This document shows, in pieces, positions 23,015-38,247 of a DNA stretch of 64,000 nucleotides. Source of the stretch: Ostrea edulis (Eukaryota). Under the pieces are notes generated by a model. It saw only the letters and a list, made by a program, of their open reading frames with translations. It was not told where the DNA came from and did not search any database. Within the stretch, counting starts at the first letter, position 1, and the number at the start of each line of letters is the position of its first letter. The DNA lies in NCBI RefSeq assembly GCF_947568905.1, contig NC_079167.1:1178001-1242000 (forward strand). The letters run 5' to 3'. Made by a program: the position numbers and the translations under genes.

Positions 23015-26000
23015 TTCTATAAGCATCGAAATGTCAAGAATGACAGTCTAATCTTACATTCAATGCTCACTGACAAATGGGGATGACAATATTTGCAGTC
23101 ATTCATACATTTCAAGGCGCAAAATAAATGAATGCACGGCATAGGTTGCTATGTATGTGTTAGGGTTGTAATCGATAAGTCAGATTTACAAGAGAGAAGA
23201 CATCAAAAAAGCGCTATATAAATTGTCCTCACTCCTTTGGACTTCATTGAGAAATCATGGAAATACCAAAATGAAATGAGTTTTTATTTGCATTCTTTTT
23301 TGTTTTTCTCAACCAGCTCTGTAGTTTGTCAATGGAAGAGTAAAACAAAGGTGCCAAAACTTTTGAAATACAGGGCGAGTGATCGTATATCTTCACGTGG
23401 TCATTCTTGCTTTTAATTTACATAGACGAAAAGCCACAAAGGAAATGATTTTGTACCAGTATGAATGTGAGAAATAGAGGTAGACATGGAGCTATCTGAC
23501 ATTAGATAGGGTGATCATCATGTGATGGGGCAATAAAAAACAAATGGAAAGAGAACAAAATCTTTGGAGACGACATAGACGATCCTGGTACATGGATTGT
23601 AAATATATCCGCAAACAAAATATCACTATCTTGGCCGAATTGTTTTATCTCCGAAATATACTCAATTTATTTATGGATTCACCAATCCTGTTACACAATA
23701 TCAGATATATAATGACAACAAACTAAATACTAACAGTTCATTTACATATATGTAAATACAAGTATATATTTGACATGTACCTGTGATATTAGACTACATG
23801 TATGCAATTTAGTATTGCATATCAACATAAATTAAATGTAGTTATATAGCACTTTACTTTGGGTGCGCAATTCAAAACATTCATGTAAAAATTCACACAA
23901 TCTTCTGACATGAACGACATTGACAGGGTTGCATAGTACTTTACAATGGTTTTCCTTTGATATATCGTCATCTGAATTGTAGATGTTCAAAGGGTAATAT
24001 TTCTTTCTTATATCTTTATACATGAAGCAGTCATATAAAAAAAAAGTGTTTTATAAAAAAAAATACTGTAGTTTGTCGCAAAATGACGACTTTACTTATA
24101 AGCATGAGGAATTTATTTTTGGTTCATATAAATACTAAACATTTGTTGAAAAAAGTATAAACCGACAACTTTCTTGAAAAACGATTTTCAGTTTCGGTGA
24201 TTAATTTCACATGAACACGTTCGACTGGGTCTAGAAATTTCACACTGGGTGTGATGCTTACTTTGTCCAACAAGTCAAACGGGTACATGAAATGGTCTAA
24301 CTCGACTTCTTTCTTTCGTTAGAAAATCAGATTCCTCCTCATTAAATAACACTCATTCGTAGACGAAAATGAGTACATACTATTGCAAAAAGAACTATTG
24401 ATCCTGGCAAATGATCGAACTTTAAGAACATTAGAAATCATTGTATTTGCACCGTGCAAACGCAACGGACAGATACCACACACACGACTGTAATTAGTAC
24501 TCTTAAATCTCACCTATTCGCGAAACACATACATGTAATAGATAATCCATATTGTGCCTGTGGAAAAATCGAAACAACAACACACTTTTTACTTGAATAA
24601 ATTTATTGATCCATTAAGACCAATAACTGTAAATATCCTTGTACATGGAGACTTTACTAAAAAAAAATTCCTATATTAAAAATAGTTTCATTATATACAT
24701 GTGCATCATCCAAAAGATATGTAGCTTAATCTCATCGACTTCCGCTTTTATGTGTAGAGTGGTGGAATTTCTTGTTTGGAAGTTATTGTATATCCATTTC
24801 TGATGAACTTAGGTCATAACATCTCTTCCAATGATGATCTATTTACTTGTTAGATTTTTTTCTTTCATTTTTCTTTACTTCCTCCTTGTCATTTTTGTCA
24901 TGTGCAACGGGCAAATGCACACTTACCATTCAAAGTTTTAAATTCAAGGAAACGGATTAATATAAGTTGCTATACAACTTGATTCCGAATCCTGTGTGCA
25001 TATAACGTATTGTGTATATACATATATTGATTTATTCAAATGAAATAAAGTTTAAACTAATTTTTTTTACGTTTTATCGCCTGCTTATAGGATAAACCTG
25101 ATTTTAAGATTGTTTTAATTTGTAACCTCTTTGTTTTATCGAAACCGTTTAAACAAACAGAGCTATTACTATTTAACAGAAAAGTATAGGCAAATCGTAA
25201 ACATGTCCTGAAACCTTTCCCGAGTTTGGATCATGTGTCACCTTCTGAAACTTCAATTGATAATATAGCACCTAAATTTATCATTTCTTTTACATTTTTG
25301 ATGTTATGTGCGTATTGTGTACAGCTCAATATAAGTGAATTGATCCCTACTCGCAAAGTAGCGTAAAAGTGGCTCTATATATCATATATACAGTGTGCGA
25401 AATTAACCATGGACCGATAGACAATGTCTATAGAAAATCGAGTCGGTCTATAACAATCAAAATAGCTATAGACCAACTTGTCTATAGGAATTCTGAGTAA
25501 ATAACTGGTTCTCTGTTGCTTATTAACATATATAATAATAATAATAATAATAGTTTATTCACCAATCAAGGGCCCTCAGGGGGCATGTACATGTTAACAG
25601 GCAATTAATTATAACAATGAAAATAAATAACACTCAATTAGAAGTACTACTGGTAATACTGACAGAGTTCACACTTCTGCACTGCACATATCTATATAAT
25701 TATATATGAAATACTGATTACAGACAAGATTTAAATTAACAACATGATAAATAAAATAACCCAACTGCCTCACATAACAGTTACTGGGATAGCAGACAAT
25801 GATAGTGTCGTGTGAATACTTATATAAAAGAGAATAATAGCATTATATGAAAAAAAAAAAAAAAAAACCAACAAAAAAAACACCACAATATGTTGACCTG
25901 ATTACAGGGAGCACCAAGGGACAGTGCCTGTTAACAGTCTGGTAATAAATTTATTGTACCAGACCGTTGGTCTTGTACTCCCAGTAACCAAGACAGCTTA

Positions 26001-27076
26001 CTATTGTAAAGTAAAGGAAATGTGTAGAATGCAAAGACATGTATTTACAGTATCACATTACACTATTCAAAATCATCTTACTGAATACAGCATGCTAGTA
26101 TATTACATATTTACACGCAGGATCCAGTTGTTCTGAATGTTTTATGTCTAAAGCAGGAAGGTTAGAATACTTATATAAAAGAGAATAACGTTATATGAGA
26201 AAATAAAACACGATATGTTGACCTGACTACAGGGAGTACCAAGGGACAATGCCTGTTAACAATCTGGTAGTAAATTGTTGTACCAGACTGTTGGTCTTGT
26301 ACTCCCAGTAGCCAAGACAGCCTACAGGTGTAAAATATGAAGAGAGAAAATGTGCATAATGCAATGAAATGTAACATTTGTAGTATTATATCCCACTGTT
26401 TAAAATCATCTTACTAATTTGGATGAGAATATTTTCATCTTCATTGGTCATTAGCCATATAAGTTTTTGATCACTGTCCATCTTTACAAAATTCTTACAT
26501 GATTTGTCTATCGTTTGGAATAAAATAACCCTTTCTTCTGATAAATGACTACATGAGAATAAAAAATGTTTTTCGTCATCCACTGAATTGTTGTTGCATC
26601 TTAGACAAAATCTCTCGTGTCGAGGGATTTTTTGGTAACGTCCCCTTTCAATGTTTAGTCTATGAGCTGATATACGGAAACGTGTTAGACTTCTCCTTTG
26701 CTCAAAATTTTTAATTGAACTCAACTAATTCTCAAAACCAAAGTTTTGTTTAAAAGTAGAAAAGCAACTTAGTTTTTTATCTGAATTTAATGTAAGGTGT
26801 GAATGCCATTCTTTGATGTAATGTTTGAATAAACAATTTTTAAGAGCCTTTTTAAACTGGTATGCCCCTTTAATGGGCAAATCTCTAATCCCATTAATAT
26901 TGGTTATGAAACAGTTTATAGAACCAAACCATGATGAATTTGTTTTGTTCAAAAAGTAATTTTGATTCTCGATATGCATCAAACAATAGTGGAAATGACT
27001 GACCAAGATTTTCGAGTCTGTACCAGTAACTTAACATACTTTTTAATATGTCAAAGTGAAGGGGGAATCTTCCCAA

Positions 27077-27664
27077 TACGTCAGTTTCGAGATACGAACT
27101 CTTCTGTATAGGAGGTGCATTTAGTGGAACTTTGAATGCCTAAGTGGGACAGAGTGTATATACAGCCAACGAGGAAGACGATGAAATGTGTTAAAAGCGG
27201 CTTCTCTTTAAATATGTAAATGTGGGAAATACTATCGAAAGAAATGTTTTACCGAAGTGAAAACATACAAACAATGTCATATTTGCAAAAATATCTTGGA
27301 TATGGTTTAAATATGTAAATGTGGGAAATACTATCGAAAGAAATGTTTTACCGAAGTGAAAACATACAAACAATGTCATATTTGCAAAAATATCTTGGAT
27401 ATGGTACTTATGACGAACGAAATAACGTGATAGGATAAGAATTCTATGTATTTAATTACTTCCTAAATACTTATCACTTACTTAGTTTGTGTATCAGTCG
27501 AATTCGGGTTATCAAACAGCGTATGAAAAACTTCTATAGTACATTCACTTACGCTGTGATGAATATCTGTCCCACTCCCGCGTGTAAACAAATTCTTTAG
27601 CGCCTTACTATGTACGAGAGTTCTCCAAAGGGAAATAACTCGGATGTATCTCGAAACCGGCGTA
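27077..27664. mobile_element. 588-bp TIR element in LINE ORF2 (no TSD, or AT duplication)
   Basis: TACGTCAGTTTCGAGATAC / GTATCTCGAAACCGGCGTA; removal restores AVLSE-LGRFP; internal 99-bp tandem duplication at about 27207-27404. Confidence 0.8.
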
Positions 27665-28643
27665 TTCCGACAGTACGGCAAAGTTTGTTGCAGATTTATG
27701 TACCCCAAGTATTGATTTGCAAAATTTGAGATGTAGTTTATCACAAAGTTGGTTTGAGTAAATTTTGTCTATTGTACCACCGGAGTTAGTAGATTTTTTG
27801 GAAAAAGGATTGAAATAACCCCAGATTTCCGAAGAATATAATAATATTGGTTTGATGGTATGGTCAAATATATGAGAAATGGTTTTAATATCAGGGTTTA
27901 GTGAAATGAAGTCTTTTTTTAGTTTGAATAATGCTTTCAGGGCTTTATGATATAGTTCTTTCTGAGCAGGGGAGAAAGAACCAGATGAACAAAATGAAAC
28001 CCCAAGGTATTTGTAGTTGGATACACATTCTAGTTCAATACCAGCCAAATAGAATTTAGTTTTCAAGAGTCTGCCTGCCTTGTTAAAAATTAGGATCTTA
28101 GTTTTTGAGAAATTAATACTCAAACACCAATCATTACAATACCGCTGCAAAATGTTTAGTTTTTGTTGTAAACCATTAGCTGAGGAGGAAAGTAGAATTA
28201 TGTCATCAGCATACATTAAACAATTAAATGTTCGAGAATTTAAGACCATAGGATCTGGGGATGAATTGAGATAGTCTGGAAGATCATTAATGAATACTTT
28301 AAACAGATTTGGACTTAAATTATCCCCCTGTTTGACACCTACTTTTATTGAGAGAAAATCGGTGATACCATTACTTAAACGGACACAGGACTTGCTTGAC
28401 GAGTACATGCTTTTAATCACCTGATAAAAATTTGTTCCAGCTCCCAATTTTAAGAGTTTAAGTTTAATTCCTGAATGAATGACAGTGTCAAATGCTTTAT
28501 GAAAGTCAATAAAGCAGGCGTACACTCTTCCATCCTTGGTCTTACAATATTTATCTATAATAGTCTTGAGAATAAACATGTGGTCAGAAGTTCTTGCTTT
28601 TTGGGTGAAACCTATCTGACATTCATTGATTATACGATGTTTA

Positions 28644-28965
28644 CAGGGCCGTAAATTACATGGAGGCGGAGGAGGCAGCTGCCTCCTCCAACTTTTGAGC
28701 CAAAAAAAATTAAAATTTAAAGTTCATTAGAATTTATGTTGTTTCCAATAACTAAGAACATGATACCTCCCTTAAAAAGCATTCCACATCTTTCTTTTAG
28801 AATGAGTTAGTCAAGTAACATCTTAGAAGGCCCTAGAACCAAGGATTTTGCACGAAACGTGTTCAGTGTGCACAAAATGTGCTCAGCGTCTGGGGGCCTG
28901 GGCGGCCCCCAGACCCCCGCCTAATTTCCTGCCTCCTCCAAATTGAAGGTTAATTTACGTGCCTG
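28644..28965. mobile_element. MITE with CAGG ends and 5-bp TSD in LINE RT
   Basis: CAGGGCCGTAAATTA / TAATTTACGTGCCTG, GTTTA at 28639-28643 and 28966-28970; removal restores FLTKH-RIINECQIGF. Confidence 0.85.
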
Positions 28966-31900
28966 GTTTAGTAAGAAATTTATCTAGGTGAATGTCAAGT
29001 ATTTTATTGAATAATTTCCCAACTGCATTTGTAACCATTATGCCTCTGTAATTATTTGGATCATTAATGTCATTACTTTTATGGATAGGAGTAATGTAAC
29101 CTGAAGACCATGGTTTAGGATAATGACCAAAAGTAAGACAGCTGTTGAAAATATTGTAAAAGCATGGCAAGAGATGGGTCTGACCGTATTTAATCATGTA
29201 GTTTGAAATTTTGTCTAGACCTGGAGCTTTCCCTACTTTTATTTTGGAAATAGCATTTGATATTTCTGAAATGGATATACGTTTGTCCAAGTCATTAAAA
29301 CATTTTTCTTTTTCTAACTCATTTAGAATATTATCTAGCTGTGCCAGACGGTGGTTGAAATTTGGTTTGGGTTTGTTCAGGTCATGAAAATGGGAGACCC
29401 ATGTTGTTGGGTCAATTACATTTGCATTGTTGTTTTTTTCTACTCCCTGAAGTTTCTCAATCAATTTCCATTAAGATTTTGGATTTTCAACATGTAAGGT
29501 TTCTAACTGTCTTAATAAAGATTGTTTAAATTCTCGACATTTGAATTTTCTCATTTTGGTATATTCCCTATATAATTTGTAGTAATGGTTTTTCACTATT
29601 GGATCTTTCGGAAATTTGGAGTATATTTTACCATAATTAAACAGATTTCTCCGCATGGATTTTAAGTCTATATCGAACCATTTGTGCATTTTTTTGTTTG
29701 TCTTATTGTGTTTAATTTTAGATTTTCGAAGAGATTTGTCTGCTGCTTTAATAATTATATTTGATAATTCTGTGGAGGCATTGTCAATCAGTTCGTGAGA
29801 GTCAAGATTTTTACAACTTGAGAGATTTTGTAATCTCTCTTGAATGTTTGTAGAATTAAGGGCTGCCTGAAAAAGAACAGGTGATTCATCTGACCATATG
29901 TAGTTTGGTGAAATTGGATGTGTATTAGTATCCTTAGTATTATCAGACTTAAAAGAGAATCTAGCGGACAGTGACCATTGTAGAAGGCAATGACAATCAG
30001 ACAGTGTAGGTAAAAAAAATCAGAAATACTGAAATACAATATTTGATTAAAAATATGTTCTGAAGCCAAAACATAGTCTAATGTGCTACAGCCATTTGGT
30101 GTAAAACAAGTGTACTTGCCAAACATATCACCAAAAGTACGACCATTCAGTATTCTCAGTTGATTCGCAATGCACATATCAAACAAGTCTTTGCCCCTAT
30201 TATCTAACTTAGAATCCATATTGTGACGATTTGTAATTTGATTGTCTATAGTATATGATGAATGGAGAGGGAGAAACTCATTATCATCGTTTGCAATAAA
30301 GTCTGGATCTGTTGAAACTCTCGCATTGAAGTCACCACATGGTAAAATGTTTCCCTTGGGTTTATAAAATGATATATCTTTTTCAATACAGTCAAGAATA
30401 TCGTAATTGATACCCTTGGAATATGAGGAGTTTTCTGGAGGGTTGTATAACATACAAATGTATAAATCTTTGTCAAAATCGAAAAAATCTTTCTCCAGTT
30501 TTATCCACTGAAAGTCAGCTTTTGTGTTTTTTAGAATTTTTATATGAGGTTTAAATTCATTTTTACATAGCATTGCTAACCCTCCAAAAGTTCTATTGTT
30601 ATGTTTAGAAGCAGATCTACAGACAAAGTGACAATAGTAGTTTCCAATCTTGTACATTCGTTGTTCATGACTTATATGAGTTTCTGCTAAAAAAAAAAAT
30701 AATATCAAACTTTTCAATTTGTTTGAGGAAAGTTGCATGAGAAGCGGGACCAGTTTATATGTAGTACGCCAATGTTTCTGTTTACCCCTTAGCTGTAATA
30801 AAATGTTCCCCAATGTAATTACAAATCATTCGAATGAGATTATTCAATTTGATATTTACTTCAATGTACGCCATTTTCGTGCAAATTCGCAATGTCCTTT
30901 TTGATGGTTTTAAAAATACGTGAAAGATGCACGCACTTGAATCAAACGGAAAGCGGTCAGTACAAGTTCCAGCAAGGCCAAAATCGCAGAAAATCATGAG
31001 AAAACGAAACATAGTAGAAGTACGTGACTTGGATGAAGAATCAGATAGTGAAACTGAGCTGGAACAAAATGAAAAAGAAAACGAAATTCTAATTGAAAAG
31101 CTTGCCGTGCATGCAATTGAAAAAGAATATAATTATACTATGAACAAATTGCCAAACCGAATTTGTGTCAATTATTTATTTTTTTAATAACAATGAATAT
31201 TGCATGTTAAATTTTGGTCTATAGGAATTTGTTGTGGTCTATAGGAAATAAAATGACTATGGACCGAAAGTTTATAGGACTTTAAAGTTAGTTTCGCACA
31301 CTGTATATATATATTATGTATCTATAGTGGAAAGATCTAATCACTCTTACGATAACCTCGTAGTATAGCATTACATAATAATTGGAAGAAAACAAAACAA
31401 ACAAACCAAAAAACTAAAAGCAAAAAAAAAAAAAAAAACAAAAAAAAAAAAAGAAACCCCACAACAACAAACATAAAAAAGAAACAAAAACAAAGTAAAC
31501 AGACAGACAACCAGTTTAATTACACTTCATTTAAAATCAAAACATCAAGATTGGTCATTTGTACTACATTTCATCGGTGTAATTTTTATTGAATACAGGC
31601 ATTATTTATAAAAAGTATGTGTAAACAAGGATTAACGTTTTTCTTTTAAATCATAAATCAAAGCAAATATCTTATGTCGTGTTGTACATATTTCTATAGT
31701 AAAGTAAATAGACCAGGACTTTTTTTCTTTTTTTTTTTAGACGTGTGCTTGTGTTCGTAATATTGTGTAAGCCCATTCCAAATCGTTCTACGCAATCGTT
31801 AATGTCTACCGCTCGCTTTTGATACCCAATGTGTACGACCTCCGGATGTTTTTCAAAAATTCTGACCGACATGATGTTTTCTACAGCAAAAGGAAAACGA

Positions 31901-32316
31901 GCGTGCCTTCTTTCAAGCTTTGAAAGGAAATCAAGCAACAATGATATTTGTTATCGGCCACTGGAAAAAAATTACCCAATTTTAATGAATGAAAGGACTT
32001 GCAAATCGCCGGTTGAGGTGTCTATATTTCTGGATTTTGACTGCTGTAGTTTGGCAAAGCCCAATATGTAAGTAAATAGAATGACAGGGGGGAATGTAGA
32101 CCAGGGGGTTCCGATAACATATCCGGCGGATATTCCATTGCTGAAGCGCAACTCGAATGCAAAGACTAACATCAAAGCACATCTAAACAACACAATACAC
32201 ATACCGATCGACTCGAACAGATTGGATGTTTTCAAGGAGGTCGGCGCTTGATGTAAACAAAACAGTGAGTGCGTTCCGATCGACTATTATTTACCGTTCT
32301 CGCATCGTTCGAAAAC

Positions 32317-32871
32317 ATGGCAGATACCGCAGCTTCCGCGAAAAAGAAGGTTTCCAAGCCCAAGGTGCCCGCAGCGCACCCAAAATACATCGACATGATC
32401 AAGGCTGCCCTCGGGTCACTGAAAGAGCGTGGTGGATCTTCTAGACAAGCCATTCTTAAGCACCTGATGGCCAATTATAAAGTGGGCAATGACGTCAACT
32501 CCATCAATGCCCACCTCAAAATGGCCCTTAAGAATGGAGTCAAAAAGGGTGCTTTGAAGCAAGCCAAGGGTAAAGGTGCCAGCGGCTCCTTCAAGCTTGG
32601 AGATAAGCCCAAGGCTGAGCAAAAGCCTAAAGCCAAGAAAGTAGCCAAACCAAAGGCTGCCAAACCTAAGAAGGCTGCTGCTGCTGCCAAGCCCAAGAAG
32701 GCGGCCGTAGAGAAAAAAGTGAAGAAAACGCCAAAGAAACCAGCCGCACCCAAGAAGACCAAGACTCCCAAGAAGAAGCCCGCAGCCAAGGCCCCCAAGA
32801 AGGCCAAGAGCCCCAAGAAGCCCGCCGCCAAAAAATCCAAGACCCCCAAGAAGGCCGCCGCCAAGAAATAA
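32317..32871 (+). CDS. H1: Linker histone H1, replication-dependent type
   Basis: MADTAASAKKK...HPKYIDMIKAAL..LKERGGSSRQAI...KGKGASGSFKL plus a K/A/P-rich tail, 184 aa; stem-loop AGCCCT-TTTT-AGGGCT at 32919-32934, HDE at 32948. Confidence 0.98.
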   Translation: MADTAASAKKKVSKPKVPAAHPKYIDMIKAALGSLKERGGSSRQAILKHLMANYKVGNDVNSINAHLKMALKNGVKKGALKQAKGKGASGSFKLGDKPKAEQKPKAKKVAKPKAAKPKKAAAAAKPKKAAVEKKVKKTPKKPAAPKKTKTPKKKPAAKAPKKAKSPKKPAAKKSKTPKKAAAKK

Positions 32872-34171
32872 GCAGTCTTTGCAATATTCCTGCACAGAGT
32901 GTTTACTCACAAAACAAAAGCCCTTTTTAGGGCTACCAACATTTTTAGAAAAGATGCTGTTCTTACACGTGTGAGAGAAATGCGTTTCTACGTCATTTAA
33001 GTGAATACTGATTCAAGCTGTTTTAACGTTTTCATACTTTGATTTACTTGTCCTGCATGGCATTCAGTTAAAAGAGGGGAGGGAGAGGAAACTAACCCAC
33101 GCTTTTACAAACAACATGACATTTTTTTATCTGATTTATTAGCTCTCCCTTCCTAAAGCTGTAGGGTAAGAAATAAGATGGAGACTGGTGAATTATGACA
33201 ACATATAGTACAGTACCTGCATCATTGAGTCCTCATTCGTTTGAATAAAGCTAGCTGAATTGAAACATTCATATATATGCATTTCCTATACATACAATGG
33301 CTTGATTGTTTTCATTCGGTTTATTGTCCGATAAGAAAACAAAAATTAAAAGTATCATCCGTGGACTTTTATTTCAGTACTTGATTTGTATACAGTCCAG
33401 GTTTGGCAGGACTAACATAATTCACTCTCATAATGCAATGTTTCATGTGTGTAACAATGTTTTCAGACTTTAGTCACCGAGAAATGTCTGATCGGTGTCT
33501 AAAAGTGAAAAAATGGGGTTCTTTCTTTGTTTAGGAACAGAGTGACGATACATCACCTCTAAGAGTAAGTTGTAATTCTAGCATGTCTAATTTAGTCTTC
33601 AAAATGAAATAAGGATTTACACATTTTAAACAGTTCTCCGTTGTCCAGAGACTCGCTCACTTCATGTGTACATCAACTTCATAGCCTCAATGTTGTTCAA
33701 GATTTATATAGAGGAGTGATTATTGTTAGGATGTAACAGTAGTCTAGGATATTCTGGAATGATTTGGGGTCTTGAAATTCACAAAGCTGTCCGAAAAAGT
33801 CATTAGTCACAACTAACTAGTACTAATAACATCAAATCATATGCCAATGATGTTAGTCACAACTATTATTAAGTGAAAACAAACAAAAATTTAATGACTT
33901 TATATTGGGTGTTTCTTGAATTAAAAGAATTATGATTATTCTAGTAAGAATGCAATGTCATATATCATCTCTATCCAAATATATTTGAGGTCTGCTTTTG
34001 TCAAATAACTATTTTGCAACCTCTGTTAAATGTTCAGGTTACAAATTTGATAATCATTGGTTTAAACTATATTTATATGTATCGGTGCAAAATATACAAA
34101 CAGGTGAGAAAGGAAGACTTTAAAACAAAATTCTATGTACGAATGAATGTATGTATGTACATACGTACATA

Positions 34172-34310
34172 TACATGTACTAAGAACTTTGGGAATCTGG
34201 GATATTTCAATTGCATATGATAAATATACAAAATTTAGTATTAATATGGAATTATGTATATTTATGTGCTATTGAAATATCCCAGATTCCCAAAGTTCTT
34301 AGTACATGTA
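34172..34310. repeat. 139-bp fold-back (MITE-like) hairpin in the H1-H3 spacer
   Basis: 40-bp perfect outer arms TACATGTACTAAGAACTTTGGGAATCTGGGATATTTCAAT; copies at 46974-47110 and 59016-59154. Confidence 0.9.
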
Positions 34311-35037
34311 CACATTTTAAATACTTATGGTAGAAGACTGCCAGTCTGATCGACTGGGCACAAAGCACTGTCCCTTGGTACCTAGCTCTGCATTCAGGAC
34401 AGCATTTTATACTGTTTCACTTTTACTTCCCACATTGCATCCTTGTTGTGCTGTGCATTTTCATTCTATGTTGTTATGAGCCAATTTCAGATCAATGTTA
34501 ATATAGAAATCCTTTACATATGTACATGTATGTGTGTATACAATCATGTATGTGTATAAATGTATGTGTATATATGTGTTTATGTATACATGTATATGTA
34601 CAGTGTGTGTATCTATAAGTATATGATATGTGTTTATAATGAATATAATAAAATTGTGTATGCTCACTGAGGGTCCTTAACTGGTGAATAAATAAATAAA
34701 TGTATCTCCTTTTAAATGTTTTTAACATTTACTTGTCTGTCCATACTTTTGTATCCACAAATAATGTTTACAATTGTACCCTGAAATCCCTTGTAACACC
34801 CCATCCCCTTCACTGTTTTTTTTTTTGTTTTTTTTTTACGTTTATGAATTCTGTGCAAAATGTGGATTGAAATGTCCCAAGTCAAGACCAATCAACGCTG
34901 CATACCAGCGGCTAATCGCAGAGTGTCTTTCTGAACCGCTTAACCAATGACAAGTGTCGTAAGATATGAGAGCGCCGATTTCGATTTCCTTATAAACAGA
35001 AGTGTTTCCGATCGGGCTCTTTATTCTATCCGAATAA

Positions 35038-35457
<420 letters not shown>

Positions 35458-36905
35458 TTTCACTCGTGTGACACTTAAACAAACGGCCGTTTTCACGGCC
35501 ACCCAATTCTTTCGAAAAGATGCCTTCATATTGCTCTTGATCAAGAAACTTGTCGTGAATAAAGTATGACTGAATGACATGCATAACCCTACATCCACAA
35601 ACTACTTGACCCAAGTCTGGTAAATTTCTGTAAAATAAGTTTTAACGCAACTTCAGTAATGAAACTAAATGCTATACTGTCAAAACAGTAGTATACATTG
35701 CAGAGCATCAATTGTATAGATGACAACAAATGCACATTGAAAATCCTTGTCAGCAGGAAAGTACACAACAAACCTAGAGAATAGCTGTGTAGAACGTACT
35801 AAGAACGCATACATAGAGACATCGGTAGTCTGTAGTACACACTAAAACAACCTACCTTAATTCTAGAAGGGTCAGATACTACGGTATTTCATTCAACCAA
35901 CTCGGGGCTTTTGAGGGCATGTAAAGCATGCATTAATAAGAGAAAGGGGTTCAAATAATAGCGCACGGAGAAATTCTATAACAACAACAAAATATATCAA
36001 TAAAAACCCAGATGTAGAAATATGTAGACGTTAGGGGGGTCATGATTATTCTGAGAGGTCAATGAAATCTTCACTTCGTATTACATTCTTGCGTATATAA
36101 TCACAGAACATCGTATATTTCATTATGTTAATTCAAATCTTGTCTGAAATCAGTATTACACGTGTAACACCGTGTTAAATGTGTGCAATGCAGAAATGTG
36201 AACTCTGACAGTAATAATATATTTCCATGATTGTTATTTATTTATATTGTTGTAATTAATTACTAGTTAATCTGTACACCCCCACCCCCTTGAGGGCCCT
36301 TAATTGATGAATTAACATGTCATAACATTTTATATCAGGAGACCATACATACAGGCTTGAATTTCTTTTTCAACTTGCACAGATATAATATTTCTTATTT
36401 TCAACATGTTGAGTAGAAATTTGCTTAGCTTGATTAATAATGGATTATCTTTATTATTTACCTTTTCTCTCCCTTTTTTTGTTTTTTGGATATAGTATAG
36501 TAGACTTTCACAGTTGTGAGCCATGTTTTCATATTAATTACCCTAATAAAAACAAATGCTATTGTTGTGTGTTAATTAAAAGGAAAACAAAACGATGATT
36601 TAAAAAAAAAACAGAACAGAAACTAAGCTAGGAAATCTCAAATGTGTGCGCAGATAAAATATTATATTCCTATCAAAATAAATAAATACTTGTATACTAG
36701 TATACTATGCAAGAGAAATGTAAACAAACACAGGTAGGCGCGTTTAGCGAGAACCAATCACGATGTAGTTAACAGTGCTTCTTCGGACACGACAATCGAC
36801 TAGCCGAAGTTTCAAGGTATAATGAGCTCTAACGGGTCGTCAATTAGGGCTTATATAACCGGCAATTTTCTAAATTGGTCAAGTCATTCAGCACTTGTCT
36901 ATTGA

Positions 36906-37226
<321 letters not shown>

Positions 37227-37610
37227 ATACTCTTGTCACCGTTTGTGCATCCCAGCGCAAAAACAAAACGGCCGTTATAACGGCCACCAAATTCTTTGAA
37301 AAGACGCCTCTATGAAACGTTATCAAGAGAAACGGTTACCCTGTATTGTACTTTTAGTCAACAAATTGGCATACAACTTGTTAAAAAAAGGTATGCACTT
37401 TGTGGTTAACATGTTTCATTTGCAGTTAAGAGATTTCAATTTGATACTTGGATTTCTTTTCATATCAAGTAAATAGTCAGACTACACCACAACTTTGTAG
37501 GTTTATGTTAACAAACAACCAAATGATATCCAAGATCATTATTGAGCAGAAAGGCTGACCATGCAAATCCTATACTCCCAATAAATTTACATTGTGAGCA
37601 TTGTAATATA

Positions 37611-38247
37611 GAATATGATTTATTTCCAAATTAGGGCCCTCTCGGGCATACAGCATACATGATTGTTAACATTTCAATGTGCAATGACGATAAAAAGAAG
37701 AAGAAAAACAAGAGTAAAATCTGCACTATTAGTATGAGCAATGTTCATACATGAGACGTTTGAACATGATAATACTTATTTGCATTATATGTAAGTACCA
37801 CCGTGTATCCTAATGCAAAACAGTCAGAAATACACATAGGGGAAAAAAAAAAAAAATACATATATAGATGTCTATATATATACATGTACATAACAACTCT
37901 ACATGTAATAATAGTATAGGTAGTAAAGTACATATGATTAACTCCACTGTAATGCAAAAGATACCACGGGACGGTGCATTGGTACTAGATCAACATGTCA
38001 TGTTTATAATGAGTGCATATGTGCAATATGGTTTCATATGGTTCACACATAATATACAGTAATACTAGTAGTATGAGCTTAGACAATGTACATAACATGA
38101 GACATTACTTGATGTAATATATGTAAGTACCACCGTGTATCCTAATGCAAAACAGTCAGAAATACACATAGGGGAAAAAAAAAATACATATATAGATGTC
38201 TATATATATACATGTACATAACAACTCTACATGTAATAATAGTAAAG
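37611..38247 (-). mobile_element. LINE-like 3'-end fragment (second family) with 8-bp TSD, in units 2 and 4 only
   Basis: GTAATATA at 37603-37610 and 38248-38255; minus strand ends GAGGGCCCTAATTTGGAAATAAATCATATTC; empty site at about 20450 and 50402; orthologous insert at 55035-55661. Confidence 0.7.

Larger units (their letters stand above)
26386..30730 (-). pseudogene. LINE ORF2 (endonuclease-RT), fragmented
   Basis: Pieces 29788-30720, 29471-29689, 28966-29464, 27665-28643, 26386-27076; frameshifts plus two insertions. Confidence 0.9.
25535..30736 (-). mobile_element. 5'-truncated CR1/L2-group LINE, unit-1 specific, with two nested insertions
   Basis: APE domain (FLAETH...GDFNAR...LDYVLAS), RT (ACFIDFHKAFD, QGDNLSP, YADD), C-terminal CLRC...DEKHFLFSC, AATAAA+(ATT)n tail; the empty site is seen at about 43305 in unit 2. 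Confidence 0.92.
25391..31303. mobile_element. Tc1/mariner-like non-autonomous element in the H2A-H1 spacer, split here by the LINE
   Basis: TA|CAGTGTGCGAAA...TTTCGCACACTG|TA; uninterrupted 711-bp copy at 43164-43874; 78-bp stub at 62450-62527. Confidence 0.75.

Noticed and set aside
30927-31187. Acidic ORF (DLDEESDSETELE) inside the Tc1-like element, also at 43499-43795
   Set aside because: No recognisable domain, different stops between copies; at most a transposon remnant.
31672-32235. ORFs upstream of H1 present in three units
   Set aside because: Conservation equals general unit identity; lengths vary (81-89 aa) and no motif is recognised.
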